From a virus (taxonomy: Duplodnaviria; Caudoviricetes), in the IMG/VR virus record IMGVR_UViG_3300038345_000087, positions 1 to 64,000 of that record: a stretch of 64,000 bases of DNA. The stretch is one strand, 5' to 3'. The position numbers were made by a program, and so were the translations under genes. The notes beneath the pieces were generated by a model that saw only the letters and a program-made list of their open reading frames with translations, ran no database searches and was not told the origin of the DNA. Positions within the stretch are counted from its first letter, which is position 1; every line of letters starts with the position of its first letter. This document shows positions 19,728-29,825 of this stretch, in pieces.

Positions 19728-20752
19728 ATTCTTTTTGGTATTCGTCTTGTAGTCCATATTCTTCTAAATACCTTTGACACTTGAATCCTTTTCTTGGGGT
19801 GAAATCCGCGAAACTATGTGCCACGAAGTGCGCTTTTTTGTTCACCCATCCTGCCATGTCCTTTTGCCATTGAGGAATAATCTGCTTCGGATTGTTAGGG
19901 TCTCTGTAAGGCTGTGCGTAGGCATATACAGGACGGCCCTTGCCAGCATCCCTTACGGCTCGCATTTTAATCCACCAATGTTGTATGCGTTCATAGCTCT
20001 CTTTGAAGTCGCTTTTTCCTCCTATCATGGTATAAAGAAAATACTGTCCTGTGAAACCATATCGATTTATCATTTCCATCGCTCGTTCACATTCGATTAT
20101 CTGACCTTTGGTGTCACATCCGAAACGGATTCGGTTGTTGTCTAACCATTTCACTTTTGCCAGCAGCTTTGCAATCTCTTCAGTAACCAATCGTGCATCA
20201 AGTGCCTGGTTGAAATCTACTTTATAACCTCTCTGGATAATTTTCTCTAACTGTTCTATTGCATACGTTCCTGCTGCCAATATGTTATTATCCATCAGAA
20301 CTATTTTTCTGCGGCCTTCAATGGCTATTTCGTCAATATCCATATAAGGACGGATTGCACCTTCTTTTCGTGGTACCACACACCAAGGACATTTGTTTGG
20401 GCATCCCCGTGTGAGGAACCCGTAGGCTGTATCTTTAGGTACATTGGGATAGATAGAGTAGTCTGGTTGCAGCCTGTCTATTTCCTCTGGTAACTGTCTT
20501 TCCACATCGTAACCAGTTCCTCCTTTGATGATTACATCTGCATCATAAATACTTAAATCGTCTGGTGTGAAGTTGAACACTTTTGACATATACAAAATGT
20601 CATAGTGCTGCATGGGCGTAGCCCATTCAATTTGCCCCCCCCTGATTATGCCAGTATCGGGCAATTTTCGCCAATGCAAGATTGGGGTATATGGTTGCTC
20701 CCCATTTCTTTTTCTTGGCATGACCGTCAACATCAACTAAACCGATTTTCAT
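19726..20752 (-). CDS. Radical SAM protein, frameshifted at G8 tract (OFF; G7 restores frame)
   Basis: ATG at 20752 (TGATG overlap) gives MKIGLVDVDG..YPNLALAKIARYWHNQGG, then stop; the CPNKCPWC core follows in another frame after C8 at 20635-20642. Confidence 0.85.
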
Positions 20753-21246
20753 CATGGCTCATTCAGTACTACATATTTTCCTTCAATGCTACACTTCCTG
20801 AGTCGTGAATCACATTTTCTTCCCCATGCCACCAGACATGAGCCAAAGAACGGATGCCCGATTTCTCCTCCTGGACGCAAGAATTTCACTCGATGACGCA
20901 TGAAGAGCATACTGGCAGCGGTTGGAAAGATAACATCTTGAAAGAGAAGATTGTCCTGCCGATTCACCAATAAAGCAATACCTCGTCCATGCTTGGCCAT
21001 CTTCTCTACAAATTGTCGTAGTGGCGCACGACTGTAAGGCGGATTCATCCATACGACTGCCGTACTTGGCCAATCGTGTGCCAATCCGTCTTGCTCTTTG
21101 TTATAGCTGAGTGGAGCAATGGGGTAGGGTGGTTCCATCGGCGCACAAGGATCTAAGTCAAAAGGTCCTAATTCGTCGATTATCCATTTTGGCGTGTACC
21201 ATTCATCGCTTGATACGACCGCATTCTTCTGTTGCCTCGTGTCCAT
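20752..21246 (-). CDS. Phage-type DNA N6-adenine methyltransferase
   Basis: SDEWYTP, FDLDPCA, WMNPPYS. Confidence 0.85.
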   Translation of the reverse strand: MDTRQQKNAVVSSDEWYTPKWIIDELGPFDLDPCAPMEPPYPIAPLSYNKEQDGLAHDWPSTAVVWMNPPYSRAPLRQFVEKMAKHGRGIALLVNRQDNLLFQDVIFPTAASMLFMRHRVKFLRPGGEIGHPFFGSCLVAWGRKCDSRLRKCSIEGKYVVLNEP

Positions 21247-21357
21247 GTCTATAAGAGTAATCTTTTTCGTCCATCACCACGGCATTTATCCCTGGCATCG
21301 GTTCTCCGTCGCCAATGGGCATCGGTGTGAGTGGAATATAAACGGCTATTTTCTTTT

Positions 21358-21654
21358 TCATAATCCTTTTAGTTTTTTCATTTTCTCCATGAGCCTATCA
21401 GCTTGTATTTTTATAGATCTATGTATAATCTGACTGAATGGTTCAACATTGATTATGTTTTGTAACTCTGTCATCTGATCTTTGGTCATTATGATTTCTG
21501 GCCTTCGTTTTGGCAGACTGTTTCGTAGTAATGATTCACACTCTGCCATCGTTCTTGGCATGTCATTGATACTCGCTTTTGGAACATGAATGACAATAGG
21601 CTTATCGTCATCTTGATAAGTGAGCATTCCTGAAGGGAAACCTTTTTCGTCCAT
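21358..21654 (-). CDS. Hypothetical protein
   Basis: 98-aa ORF in operon. Confidence 0.5.
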   Translation of the reverse strand: MDEKGFPSGMLTYQDDDKPIVIHVPKASINDMPRTMAECESLLRNSLPKRRPEIIMTKDQMTELQNIINVEPFSQIIHRSIKIQADRLMEKMKKLKGL

Positions 21655-21656
21655 AT

Positions 21657-21909
21657 CTAAATATCATATTCTATAAAAACACATTGACTGACTTCTCCGG
21701 CCATAAGTGCAGATGCTATATTGCCATCCTCTTTGACTCTTGCGCGACGAAGTTCAGAACTTGGGTAGGCTGCATCGAATACTCCTCCAGAACAGCAAGC
21801 GATATACCCCGCTTCTGTTGCCTGTCTGACTAATAGCCACATTTGCCCCCCCCCTCGTTTCAAGGGCAAGGAATGGCCTCGTGGTGCGGAAATGTCGTAC
21901 TTTACTCAT
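21657..21909 (-). CDS. Stand-alone C5-MTase TRD-like mini-protein, frameshifted at G9 (OFF; G8 = ON)
   Basis: ATG 21909 MSKVRHF..ETRGG, tract 21846-21854, then QMWLLVRQATEAGYIAC..DAAYPSSELRRARV..SALMAGE..FIEYDI*. Confidence 0.7.
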
Positions 21910-21910
21910 T

Positions 21911-22513
21911 CTAATTGAACCATTTTACTACGGTGTCACCTTTCCATCCTTTTTCCCATACGAACCATGCGTAAGCTGTTGCACTTCCACTTATTTCATC
22001 AAACTTACCATTCATGGCACACAATAGCCGTGAACAACTGACCCATATTCGTTTCGGTGGCTGTGTGAGAAAGAGGTGTTTTCTACCTTTGCCTTCCAGA
22101 AATGTTAGTTTTAGGAACATGCACACCTTCTTCCCCGTAGGGATGATAGATAATGCTTTTTCCACGAACTCTTGAGCGTAGGCGTAAGGTGGATTGGTAA
22201 CGATATGCCCGTTCCATTCTTGGTTGTCGATGGAGAGGAAATCGGCCACTTCGCCAAAGCCACGATCGATAAGGTCGCGTGAGGTGACGAAATACCCCCC
22301 CCTCATAAGCACTTTGGAGATATGACCCTCTCCACATGCGGGTTCAAGGATAGGAGCATCAAAGTCCTCCAGCTTTATCAACCATTCTGCGGCTTTCGGC
22401 TCAGTGGCATAGTAGTCAGCCCATGCTCGATCATGGTCTGCATGGTTACTGGCTCCAAGAGTTTTGAAAACGCTTGCTTTACCACCTCTCCAGTCTTTCT
22501 TGCGGTCACTCAT
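21911..22513 (-). CDS. DNA adenine methyltransferase with in-frame G8 tract (ON)
   Basis: DYYATEP, ILEPACGEG, VTNPPY; C8 at 22295-22302 encodes RGG. Confidence 0.85.
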   Translation of the reverse strand: MSDRKKDWRGGKASVFKTLGASNHADHDRAWADYYATEPKAAEWLIKLEDFDAPILEPACGEGHISKVLMRGGYFVTSRDLIDRGFGEVADFLSIDNQEWNGHIVTNPPYAYAQEFVEKALSIIPTGKKVCMFLKLTFLEGKGRKHLFLTQPPKRIWVSCSRLLCAMNGKFDEISGSATAYAWFVWEKGWKGDTVVKWFN

Positions 22514-22869
22514 CGGTTATCTCCGTTTCCGTCTATGACTCCACGTTTTTTACGGTCGGCTAACTTCGCCAGATTGTCCTCGGTGATGCTTTCCAGCTTC
22601 CAACCCATGACATCACAGAGTCCAGCTAATTGCCAAAGGATGTCGCCGGCCTCCTTGCGTAATTCAGGGATATTGTCGGTATGTGCCTTTGCAGTCGGAT
22701 AGGTGAAGTCGTTGTTGTAGATGCTGCCATCTTCTTTGCGGATGCTCTTCGCTATCTTTCCTGCGAACTCTCCCACCTCTGCTACGAGGTTAAGCATCAT
22801 GTAGGAGAAGTTGTTACATGCTTCCATGCGCGTAGTCATGGCTTTTGCTTGATATTCGTTCAGTGTCAT
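22510..22869 (-). CDS. MazG-like nucleotide pyrophosphohydrolase
   Basis: MTLNEYQ, AEVGE, KEAGDILW, NLAKLADR motifs. Confidence 0.85.
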   Translation of the reverse strand: MTLNEYQAKAMTTRMEACNNFSYMMLNLVAEVGEFAGKIAKSIRKEDGSIYNNDFTYPTAKAHTDNIPELRKEAGDILWQLAGLCDVMGWKLESITEDNLAKLADRKKRGVIDGNGDNR

Positions 22870-22906
22870 AATGAATTTGTTTGTTATGAGGTTATGAAAA
22901 ATCACT

Positions 22907-23119
22907 TTATTTTCGGATATGGCTTTGTCTAAGTATTTCTTCAGTCTCGATTTTACAACCAGTTTCTTCGCTCATACTGTCGGCAAAGTAGGTAGCTGCT
23001 TTTAGCAACCTATTGTATAACTGTTCACGCTTCTTCGGGTTCATCAGGAATGCTAAATGTCCCCGCACCCCCTTAGCTCTTTTGCAGTGCGTAGTAGCGT
23101 TTTTCCTAAATTTCTTCAT
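22907..23119 (-). CDS. Hypothetical protein
   Basis: Short ORF in operon. Confidence 0.45.
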   Translation of the reverse strand: MKKFRKNATTHCKRAKGVRGHLAFLMNPKKREQLYNRLLKAATYFADSMSEETGCKIETEEILRQSHIRK

Positions 23120-23327
23120 GGGGTGCTTCTATCTTTTTAAGCATACCGGCATTCACGAGCTTTCTGATGAGGTTCTTTTCATTGAGTGCCATTCTGTAGA
23201 TGCACCCTTCTTTCATGTCAACTCGTCTTGGACTACCCAAATTGGTGATTTTTCCAGTCTGGATGTTAATCTCAAAAACGCATTGTCCTGGTCTGCGTCT
23301 GAGTCTTGCTACATGTTCTTGTTTCAT
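23106..23327 (-). CDS. Hypothetical protein
   Basis: Short ORF; CIYRMALNEKN. Confidence 0.55.
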   Translation of the reverse strand: MKQEHVARLRRRPGQCVFEINIQTGKITNLGSPRRVDMKEGCIYRMALNEKNLIRKLVNAGMLKKIEAPHEEI

Positions 23328-23365
23328 TGTTTAATGAATGTATGATTTAATGAATTGATGAATTT

Positions 23366-24467
23366 TCAATCTTCAAACTCTAACCAATACTGGAGAAATC
23401 GCTCTGCATACCATCGTTTATAGCTTTTGCCGCTTATCCACCAGTCGTATATATTCTCGGCTATTTCTTTTTCTTGCTCCTCGGTCAAGCCGTCAGACGA
23501 GGAGCTACCAGAAAACCCGCGTTTCCCTTTCCAATGTGTCGGGTCTGGGTGTAGGATGTACCCGTAATCGTCGATAGTCTTTTGGGGATAACGGTTTGAA
23601 GTTGGTTCCAATACCGTACCACAGGGTTCCCGTTGGTAGGAATTTTGAGAAATACCCCCCCCATGTCGTATAGCGATAATGGCTTTTATCCAGTTGCGCT
23701 TTACATGGGGCCATCGTTCATTCTCTATGCGCTTTTGGCGTGGGCTGCTCATCGGGCACCCTATGCAGCCTATACGATGAAAGCCCTGGTCGTAGAGTTC
23801 GCAGTGTGGAACTCTTACCACGTCATTCAGGAACTTCCACACATCACGCTCCGTCCAGTTGATTATTGGTGATATCAGCAGGCTCTCTTTGCCGCTGATG
23901 CAGCCAATGGTGGTTTCCTCGGTGGCATTGGTGATATTGATGCCATTTGCCTTGCGGTATTCATCCAGACCATCTAAGGTTCCGCTGTATTTTCGGCTGT
24001 CTATTTCCACCTCATTACGTTTCTTGCGTCGGCTGCTCTCCTGCCTTCTGATGCCGATGAGTGTCACCTTGCCGGCTCCTGCATGTTCTTTGTATTCCTC
24101 ACAGCACCAACGTACTTTCTTCGTTGGTAGTAGTTGCTTGCGCTCTGCCACATGATAGATGCTGTCATTGGGCTTTATCAGTTCTACTTCTGGATAGTGC
24201 TTCTTGACGAAGCGGATTACCTCTGGCGGATCTACTGAAGTAAGATTCATGTGTCCCTCGAAGCGTACACCGGCCAACTGTGCAATATGGTAAAGGGTCT
24301 GACTGTCTTTGCCTCCACTGAAAGCAAGAAAATACCCCCCCCCTATTATCGTAGGCCAGAGCCAGCTTCTCGGCTCTCTGCAAAAGACTGATGGAATACT
24401 CCATTTTCTTTTGCAGCCCCTCACTTGCTCTTGCATACGCTTCCTCTATGGTTATGTCTATGTTCAT
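23366..24467 (-). CDS. PAPS-reductase family protein, frameshifted at G9 (OFF; G8 = ON); second G8 tract is in frame
   Basis: ATG 24467 MNIDITIEEA..YDNRGG, C9 at 24335-24343, then YFLAFSGGKDS, RWCC, GIRRQES, RIGCIGC; C8 at 23655-23662. Confidence 0.85.
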
Positions 24468-24469
24468 TG

Positions 24470-25244
24470 TTACTCGAAGTTTAATCTGCCTTGCCTTCCT
24501 GCTTCTTTGATGCGTTCTACGGCAATGTTGTAGTATTGGGTATCTTTTTCTACACCGATGTATCTTCTTCCTTCCTCGATGGCGGCCACGCATGTCGTTC
24601 CGCTCCCCATCGCATTATCAAGAATTAGCCCCCCCCTGCTCGCTATACGTGCGAATGAGGTGGCGAAGTAGATTTACCGGCTTTTGACTTGGATGCAGCC
24701 ATCCTCCCTTGTGGTGTTCCTTGGGGTAGGATAGGATGCTGCCAGGGTACTTCATTCGGCTCGCCACAGTCTCTGTCTTATTGAAAGTTCCGTAGCAGCT
24801 ATTCTTCACCTCTTTTTTTAGTCGGCCACGTGAATGGCTTGGTTCTCCAACTTTCATCTGAGGGTGATAGATGGGTAGCTGTTTATAGAACACGCAGATG
24901 TCCTCATGCTGTCTCAATGGCATCCGTTTCGCATTCAGAAAACCAGAACAGCGGGCCTTATCCCAAATGAGATTGTACTTCCACATTTTTGGATTACTCA
25001 TCATCAGGTGTGCTGTAAACATTCCTTGTGCGAAAAGAAGAATGGCTCCTCGTGGTTTAATGATTCGCCTATACTGTTCCCATAATGGTTCAAGTGGTAT
25101 CACACAATCCCATTGTGCGGACTTGTTGCTTTTATTGAGTACGCCGTATGGCAAATCGCAGATGATAGCGTCGATGCTTTCGTCTGCAATGTCTGTCATT
25201 ACGTCTAAACAGTCACCAAGGTAGATGTTATTTGGCTCTATCAT
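24470..25244 (-). CDS. Beta-class N4/N6 DNA methyltransferase, frameshifted at G8 (OFF; G7 = ON)
   Basis: GDCL, DLPYG, HPSQKP; the SAM-binding LILDNAMGSGTT and YIGVEKD lie past C8 at 24629-24636 in another frame, ending 24470. Confidence 0.88.
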
Positions 25245-25459
25245 TTTTTGAAGCTGTTATGTCTGATCCATGTCGTAAAATTCACCCATGCAAAGACTAT
25301 AATGAACTCTCGTCGGCTAAACCAGAAGGAAACAGATGGTAACAAGTGGATGAAATCTCTCACTGTTCCCAATTCGTCGTAACCTTTCTTCCATCGGAAA
25401 AAACGCATACATCCTTGCCATCCCATGCTCTTTTCTTTGTTATAATACTCTCGGTACAT
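25241..25459 (-). CDS. Hypothetical protein
   Basis: Short ORF overlapping the MTase start. Confidence 0.45.
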   Translation of the reverse strand: MYREYYNKEKSMGWQGCMRFFRWKKGYDELGTVRDFIHLLPSVSFWFSRREFIIVFAWVNFTTWIRHNSFKK

Positions 25460-25486
25460 TCTTAAATAATTTAATGAATTAGTGAA

Positions 25487-26341
25487 TTATCTGTAAAACA
25501 AGTCTGTCATTTTCTGGCTCAGATGGTATGGAGGCTGTGAGTTATGTTTCTTATACCATGCCCTTATTTTTGCAATGTACTCTTCTGTATGCCACTTATC
25601 CATTAACTCGTAGCTGCTGTAATCTCTCCATGCTATCGTTCCAGTAATGTTCTTTTTGGAATCCAGCAGGCAGAGCGAGAGGTTTGTAAAGTCTCTGCAC
25701 TCCCTACCGCATAGATGACCGAAAGCAGTGGCGTAGTCGTATTCTACGATGGCCATTTCTGAACAGTCTTTTTTGCGTATCAAATAACCTGGGTACCAAC
25801 GCTCAAAGTTTGCATTATACTCCAGCATTTTATTGATGGCTGGCAGTAGGTAACGCTCCCATTGTTCATCGGTATAGACGTGTTTCTCGATATACATCCT
25901 TGCGTCATCCAGCATTTGCTCAGAGCTTTTGGGGTCGTTGCCGTCGTGAGTCATGTTCATAGCCTCGTATTCGCGTTCCTCTTCCATTGACATCCTTCTT
26001 TGATGTACTAATATGTTTCCATGCCAAAGCTCCATTGTGCGCTCAAACATGGCCTGTGTCTCAGGGTTTATCTTTCGCGCTTTCAGATCATTCAATGTCA
26101 CTTCACCTTCTTTGTGGCATTGAATCAGTCGCATTTCTTTTTCCAGGCTATCCAGATTTCGTAGATTCTCCACATACAGTACAACTATGCCATGGTGCAT
26201 AATGGCAATAGTCTCACCAGGTAATGCACAGAGCACGTTATCTACGCTTCTCAGAAATTCCGATTGCGGATGACACTCTATATTCCACGCCTCGTAACCG
26301 TTGGTGTACTTCCTGAATGGGGTTTTATATTCTATTTTCAT
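25487..26341 (-). CDS. Hypothetical protein
   Basis: 284-aa ORF. Confidence 0.65.
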   Translation of the reverse strand: MKIEYKTPFRKYTNGYEAWNIECHPQSEFLRSVDNVLCALPGETIAIMHHGIVVLYVENLRNLDSLEKEMRLIQCHKEGEVTLNDLKARKINPETQAMFERTMELWHGNILVHQRRMSMEEEREYEAMNMTHDGNDPKSSEQMLDDARMYIEKHVYTDEQWERYLLPAINKMLEYNANFERWYPGYLIRKKDCSEMAIVEYDYATAFGHLCGRECRDFTNLSLCLLDSKKNITGTIAWRDYSSYELMDKWHTEEYIAKIRAWYKKHNSQPPYHLSQKMTDLFYR

Positions 26342-26376
26342 TCTGTTATGAGTTATTTAACCACAAGGTCACATGC

Positions 26377-26898
26377 TTATTCATCCTTTTTGATGAGTGG
26401 AAAGAGTCTATCAATAGCAGCTGCTATCAGAGCACCGGCGCGTACCAAATTACGGAGGCGTTCTTTGGGTTTATACATGTCAAATGACCAAGGCCACCAT
26501 GCTTCGGATTCTTTACGGTCCATGTCGGCAATAGCATACGATGCTCCTGCCATAGTCAGAGCGTCCACGCTTTCCAGTTTGTCGTGTGCTTGATCGTAAC
26601 CTTCTTGGGTTATCTGTCTGCATCTTTCTTCCTTTATGAGTGCAGCACCTATTTCTGTTTCCTTATCTTGGATTTCCTTAATGTCGTATGGCTTTCCGCA
26701 GAATGGGCAGTATTTTGGCCAAAGCATCACTTCATCCCACTTTTGCTGATATTCACCTGGCTTGCCTTTGAACTTGGGCTTATGATAAATGCCGTTTACA
26801 ATCACTCTACCAGACAGCACTTCGCAATTCACGGTGGCCGTCTCATTGTACTTTTCTTTTAGTAACTTGTTGAAGTTATTTATGCAATCACATGCCAT
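26377..26898 (-). CDS. Hypothetical phage protein (CPFCG Zn ribbon plus ERxRQ..AGALIAA domain)
   Basis: Motifs typical of small phage genes. Confidence 0.65.
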   Translation of the reverse strand: MACDCINNFNKLLKEKYNETATVNCEVLSGRVIVNGIYHKPKFKGKPGEYQQKWDEVMLWPKYCPFCGKPYDIKEIQDKETEIGAALIKEERCRQITQEGYDQAHDKLESVDALTMAGASYAIADMDRKESEAWWPWSFDMYKPKERLRNLVRAGALIAAAIDRLFPLIKKDE

Positions 26899-26917
26899 AA
26901 TTTTATGAATTTATGAG

Positions 26918-27154
26918 TTAATGAGTTTTCTTACAGGGGCAATTAGCATAGTGCTCATAAGTCCAGTTGCTATATAGCCCTGGGCGTGAAGCCATATAGA
27001 GGTGCCCATTCTTTTTTGCTATGCAGTAGGTGTTGTATTCCTCTACAATCTCGAAGCCGTCATGTTCGAGGTCGTATTCTTCGCAGTGTTGCAAGACTAC
27101 TGCCAGAATAATCAGGAAGGCGATAACCATAATGATTTTGACAATCTTATCCAT
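26918..27154 (-). CDS. Small membrane protein
   Basis: N-terminal hydrophobic helix. Confidence 0.5.
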   Translation of the reverse strand: MDKIVKIIMVIAFLIILAVVLQHCEEYDLEHDGFEIVEEYNTYCIAKKNGHLYMASRPGLYSNWTYEHYANCPCKKTH

Positions 27155-27166
27155 ACTGATGTATAT

Positions 27167-27664
27167 TTATGGTATAACACACAAATCTATGCCCATTGGG
27201 TCATGTTCATCGCAATACGCTTTGCATTCTTCGAGAGTGCCGCTGAATGGATATTCGTGTTCGTGGTGATTCCAGACAGCGTGAGTCTTTCCATTGGCCA
27301 GTTTATCCTTAAAATCCTGACTGTTTACGTCCATGTGAGCACGAAGTTTTAGTGCATCGTGAGGATTAAAGTGTAATGATGGCGTTTTGTCGATGATTTC
27401 TTTCATCACGGCCCAATAGGTGTTTTGTTCCCATTTGTTAGCAGGACGTGCGCGACCATCTGCACGGGTTACAGCCTTGCGCTCTACGATGTCAATGCCA
27501 TTAAAGGAAAATATCTGCTTATTGTTTCTTGGATTCAGTCCGAGAGACATAAACACACAGTTGCTTCCCTGTATTCTCATCAGAGCGCCAGGGCGATATA
27601 TTCGCTTGTAATTTCTATTCTTCATAAATTTATGAATTGATGATTTCCTCAATAGGTTTGTCAC
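27167..27664 (-). CDS. Hypothetical protein
   Basis: ORF; start probably at MKNRNY. Confidence 0.55.
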   Translation of the reverse strand: MTNLLRKSSIHKFMKNRNYKRIYRPGALMRIQGSNCVFMSLGLNPRNNKQIFSFNGIDIVERKAVTRADGRARPANKWEQNTYWAVMKEIIDKTPSLHFNPHDALKLRAHMDVNSQDFKDKLANGKTHAVWNHHEHEYPFSGTLEECKAYCDEHDPMGIDLCVIP

Positions 27665-28193
27665 TCTTTACACCGACGATGATCTCAGCGGTTACGGTGT
27701 CCTGGTGAACATCCTCGAAGTCGTGGTGAATCTCTACCAGTTCGGTGTCTATGATGCTTTCCATCAGTTCCTGTTTGGCCAATGTTTCCATGTAGTGAAG
27801 GCGACGGTTATGCTCCATTTCGTCAAATCCCGTCAGGAATGACTTTTCTCTCTCCAACGTACTTCTGAGGGTTTCCATACGGACGTGCTGACCGTTAATC
27901 TGAATCATGGGATTGTTACGGAATGGATCTTGCATTTCAGCGAGCTTTCTGGTTAGCTTCGCATTCTGCTCTACCAGCACTTTGCCACCCTCGTAATACA
28001 ATTCCTTCTCTTGTTTCAACTTTCTGTTCCATACTCTGAAACAGAAGTTTGAAAGGACAATCAGAAAATAGAGTAAATCAAGAAATGTGTGATAGGTGTC
28101 GCCCTTGATGTAGGCTACCACCGATATGGCCAGCAGTCCAACGATAAGCAGAATGTTGAACGTCCAAAAGAAAATAGTTTTGATTCTTTTCAT
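27630..28193 (-). CDS. Membrane protein (two N-terminal TM segments)
   Basis: Two hydrophobic stretches followed by a coiled region. Confidence 0.6.
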   Translation of the reverse strand: MKRIKTIFFWTFNILLIVGLLAISVVAYIKGDTYHTFLDLLYFLIVLSNFCFRVWNRKLKQEKELYYEGGKVLVEQNAKLTRKLAEMQDPFRNNPMIQINGQHVRMETLRSTLEREKSFLTGFDEMEHNRRLHYMETLAKQELMESIIDTELVEIHHDFEDVHQDTVTAEIIVGVKSDKPIEEIINS

Positions 28194-28198
28194 AATGC

Positions 28199-29824
28199 TT
28201 ATTTGATGATAGTTTTCTGTAGATATTCCTCGTGGTACATCTGCCAGATATCACGGTAGTGGTTGATGTCATCCATGAGTTTGCCACGCATTTGCTTGGT
28301 GACATTCTTCTGCTCATTGATGGCGGCATGAAGATTGTCAGCATTGAGCATCTGGCGAAGGCAGTGACTAATGATGGTGCGTGTTCCCCAACCTCCGAAG
28401 CTGATGTTGTTTTCAGGACAGATAATAGTGTCACCACAGTATGAATACCAGATGTTATCTTCTATTGTATAGAAGTTGACAGCATCTTCGCTAATGACCA
28501 TAAGGACATCTGGAGCATCCTTATAGATGGCAACACAAAGTGCTACCCCCTTCCAAGATTCTAACTTCACGAACAGCATGTCATCTAATAGGTTTTGGTC
28601 ACGGAGCAAGTCTATTAGTTGCTCATTCTGTGAGTCGGCACATCCGCGCTCATCGAAATGGAGTTTTAACTGGTTCCCATCTTTTCCGCCGTATAGCCAT
28701 GTCAGATAGGCATGTAGAATCTTATCGTTCCAAGATGGCAACATCTGACGTACCTCTTCTGGGTTTGCTTTGTCGAATACCAACTTTGTCAAGTCGAACT
28801 CGATGCTGTTGGCCCAATCTTTAAGGTAAGGTTCTGGTGACAGGCGGACACAGTTGCTTTCAACACCAAGCAGCTCATGGGTCTGTGAACCAAATTCCTT
28901 TTGAAACTCATTGAAAACTTTATCGGTAATCTTGGCAAAGACGGGGCCTAATAAGTCAAATCGAACCTCAAATATGTCAATTCGTTCTGCCAGTGTTGGT
29001 TCTTTCACCTCTTCTGGTGCCTGAGTGCTTTCGTTTTCTGCTTCCTTTTTTAGGAAGGTGTCAAGCATTTCTCTACGACGTTTCAGATCGTCCTCGGCCA
29101 TCATCAGACGGATTCTGTCTGATGTCTGCCTGTCGGGTTTTTGACCAGGTTTTAGTTCATTGAGCCGGCTCTGGTAGAACTGCTCCAGTGTGATGGCCTT
29201 TACTTGATACTGCTTGGCCAAAGCAGAAAAGTTCTTCAGAGAATTGTTCTTCTGAAAATACTCCACCACGGCACAAAGGTACTCGTGGAATTTTTTGAGT
29301 CTTTGTTCGTTCATATATAAATTGGTTTGGGGTACTGTATCTTCTTTATACCTCTCAGCAGATTGTTTTTTCTGCAATGCCTTCTTTCGTTCAGCCTCTT
29401 GCTTTTTCTTCTCCGCTTCCTCTTGCAAGGCTTTTTGACGTTCGGCTTCACGCTGTTTCTGTTCCGCGAACCTGGCCTCTCGCTCTGCTTGTGCCTTTTC
29501 TTGTTTAAGACGCTCTTGCTCATTGATTTTTTCCTGAGCCTGGCGCAGCTGCTCTTTCCATTGTGAATCCCGTTCTTCGGCTGCTTTTGCCTTTGCTTCG
29601 GCTTTATCAGCCAACTCGCTCCATCCGAATGGGGCACCTTCCAGATGGTTTTCTTTTACCGTCCTTCTGGCTACACAAGGATTGATGCCAGTGCTTGATA
29701 CGGGAATCGTTCTGCCATCAGGGTGTTTCCACACCTGATGCTTATTGGTGCGGTCGAGAACAAAACCGTTACGTTTCAACAGCCGTTCCCAATCCTTTTT
29801 GCTGATATTGTGCAATCCTGCCAT
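28199..29824 (-). CDS. HicA-like N-terminal domain fused to coiled coil and unknown domain
   Basis: WERLLKRNGFVLDRTNKHQVWKHPDGRTIPV matches the HicA dsRBD-like pattern. Confidence 0.65.
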   Translation of the reverse strand: MAGLHNISKKDWERLLKRNGFVLDRTNKHQVWKHPDGRTIPVSSTGINPCVARRTVKENHLEGAPFGWSELADKAEAKAKAAEERDSQWKEQLRQAQEKINEQERLKQEKAQAEREARFAEQKQREAERQKALQEEAEKKKQEAERKKALQKKQSAERYKEDTVPQTNLYMNEQRLKKFHEYLCAVVEYFQKNNSLKNFSALAKQYQVKAITLEQFYQSRLNELKPGQKPDRQTSDRIRLMMAEDDLKRRREMLDTFLKKEAENESTQAPEEVKEPTLAERIDIFEVRFDLLGPVFAKITDKVFNEFQKEFGSQTHELLGVESNCVRLSPEPYLKDWANSIEFDLTKLVFDKANPEEVRQMLPSWNDKILHAYLTWLYGGKDGNQLKLHFDERGCADSQNEQLIDLLRDQNLLDDMLFVKLESWKGVALCVAIYKDAPDVLMVISEDAVNFYTIEDNIWYSYCGDTIICPENNISFGGWGTRTIISHCLRQMLNADNLHAAINEQKNVTKQMRGKLMDDINHYRDIWQMYHEEYLQKTIIK

Positions 29825-29825
29825 A

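Noticed and set aside
19726-24436. ORF-track starts at 20736, 21869 and 24436
   Set aside because: They are out-of-frame N-termini upstream of poly-G shifts; better starts are 20752, 21909 and 24467
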